In this document: positions 62,886-64,000 of the stretch, piece after piece
Position numbering within the stretch: the stretch's first letter is position 1
Layout: each line of letters opens with the position of its first letter
From: Gemmatimonadota bacterium
GTDB taxonomy: Bacteria; Gemmatimonadota; Gemmatimonadetes; Gemmatimonadales; GWC2-71-9
Assembly: GCA_036679605.1 (NCBI GenBank)
Contig: JAZDCZ010000251.1
Location: 63,129-127,128, forward strand
Direction of reading: 5' to 3'
DNA: 64,000 nt
Notes under the pieces: model-generated
Databases searched by the model: none
What the model was told of the DNA's origin: nothing
What the model saw: only the letters and a program-made list of their open reading frames with translations
Program-made: the position numbers and the translations under genes

Positions 62886-63592
62886 GACGGCGTGTCCTTC
62901 CACTCTCCGGTGTCTTTGAGCAACAGCTCCACGTCAATCCCGGGCCGCATCGTCACCTCCGGAGACTCGGTCGGGTTCACTGCCCCAGCCGACACGACCA
63001 GCTTCATGGCGTCCTCCACAGAGGTATCGATTGACAACACCCGCTTGCTCGGGACCATCAACATGAATCCTGATGTAGGGTTGGGCGTAGTCGGGATAAA
63101 CACGTTGACACACGGTTCGCCAATCCGTTCGGACAACAGTGGCGCCGATTCATTCGTCACAAAAGCGACGGCCCAGATTCCTTCGGTTGGATATGGTATT
63201 AGGACCGTACGCAGAAACAGTTTACGTCTCCCCCCGATCACCGATTGCACTATCTGGCTGATTGCGCTGTAGATCCGGCCAGTCAGAGGAAACCGCGTTA
63301 GCGAATGGTTCCACCAATTGAGCAACTGCCTACCGGCCGCGAGATGCACGAGCCACCCCACCCCAAGGATGACAAGTATCAGTAGCACCAAACCTAGGCC
63401 GGGCACCTGCGTCCCAATAGCGCGCTGCAGCGGAACACCCAATATCGCGTCGATGCGCCGGAATATCCATGTCAGTACGAACGCAGTCAGCCCGACTGGA
63501 GCAACTATTATGAGCCCTACCAAGAAATAGCGTCGCAGTCTTCGGGCAAGCGTTCTGCTGGAACCGCCGTGCCGAGCACCGGGCGCGCTCAA
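62882..63592 (-). CDS. DUF502 membrane protein
   Basis: RRYFLVGL, VFIPTTPNPTSGF. Confidence 0.9.
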   Translation of the reverse strand: MSAPGARHGGSSRTLARRLRRYFLVGLIIVAPVGLTAFVLTWIFRRIDAILGVPLQRAIGTQVPGLGLVLLILVILGVGWLVHLAAGRQLLNWWNHSLTRFPLTGRIYSAISQIVQSVIGGRRKLFLRTVLIPYPTEGIWAVAFVTNESAPLLSERIGEPCVNVFIPTTPNPTSGFMLMVPSKRVLSIDTSVEDAMKLVVSAGAVNPTESPEVTMRPGIDVELLLKDTGEWKDTPS

Positions 63593-64000
63593 TTGGAACT
63601 CCTCGACCCTAGATGGATTGGCCGAACAATTCCCTTCCGCACAACGACACGCTCAACACGTATCGGGGTTGCCGCCAAAACGTCGAACTCCAGACCGGCC
63701 AATTCAAACCTTTCACCTGCACGTGGAATCCTTCCGGCTGCCCATGTCAATAGACCGCCGATCGTCTCCGCCTCAGTCGGCAGTGGCGTATTCAATCGAG
63801 CTGCCACATCTTCCGCCGGTGTAGCCCCGACTACTTCGATAACGGTCTCGCCTCCTTCTTCTGGCGCCCCCATGGGATACAGCGGTTCCACCGTTTCCTC
63901 TACTAGCTCCACCAACAGATCCTCGAAGGTTGCGATGCCGGCAGTGCCGCCATACTCATCCAACACTACCGACATTTGGTGCCGGTCCCGCTGCATCTCG
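63589..64000 (-). CDS. Hemolysin/CorC-HlyC family CBS protein, C-terminal part (partial)
   Basis: VVLDEYGGTAGIATFEDL, ETIGGLL..GRIP..GE. Confidence 0.88.
   Translation of the reverse strand, partial: EMQRDRHQMSVVLDEYGGTAGIATFEDLLVELVEETVEPLYPMGAPEEGGETVIEVVGATPAEDVAARLNTPLPTEAETIGGLLTWAAGRIPRAGERFELAGLEFDVLAATPIRVERVVVRKGIVRPIHLGSRSSN

Overview
GC-rich bacterial chromosome segment. Protein styles suggest Gemmatimonadota, but this is inference only. (1) 1-1218: two divergent type II toxin-antitoxin pairs (VapBC-like and MazEF-like). (2) About 1.3-26.2 kb: a 25-kb, all plus-strand signalling island bracketed by ~100-bp GGCGGTA-rich inverted repeats. It holds multi-PAS histidine kinases built from shared duplicated modules, three Rcp-like single-domain response regulators, a NarL-type and an NtrC-type regulator, a sigma54 promoter with three upstream palindromes, a REC-HD-GYP protein, and a stressosome operon (rsbR, rsbS, two rsbT, a PP2C phosphatase) ending in a histidine kinase that carries an RsbU N-terminal-like domain. 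Two kinases are broken by short deletions/frameshifts. (3) 26.2-40.6 kb: housekeeping genes (rpmA, rplU, RNase G/E, B12 radical SAM-DUF2344, mntH, USP, acyl-CoA dehydrogenase, nfeD-floA, recQ) plus a candidate ~117-nt structured small RNA. (4) 40.6-49.4 kb: an accessory stretch with a HigBA-like TA module between 130-bp direct repeats, a Zn-ribbon/truncated globin, a nitronate monooxygenase, an FkbM methyltransferase, and a candidate system for a secreted six-Cys peptide (AraC-like regulator, 21-bp repeats, DsbA, peptide, two beta-propellers, thioredoxin-like membrane protein). (5) 49.4-64 kb: SDR, cupin, MgtC, and a long minus-strand run with branched acyl-CoA genes (isobutyryl-CoA-mutase-like split mutase, MeaB, carboxyltransferase, AtuA, crotonase), a TPPII-like S8 peptidase, MgtE, DUF502 and a CorC-family gene. 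No rRNA, tRNA, CRISPR array or transposase was seen. All family calls come from motif recognition by eye, not database searches.
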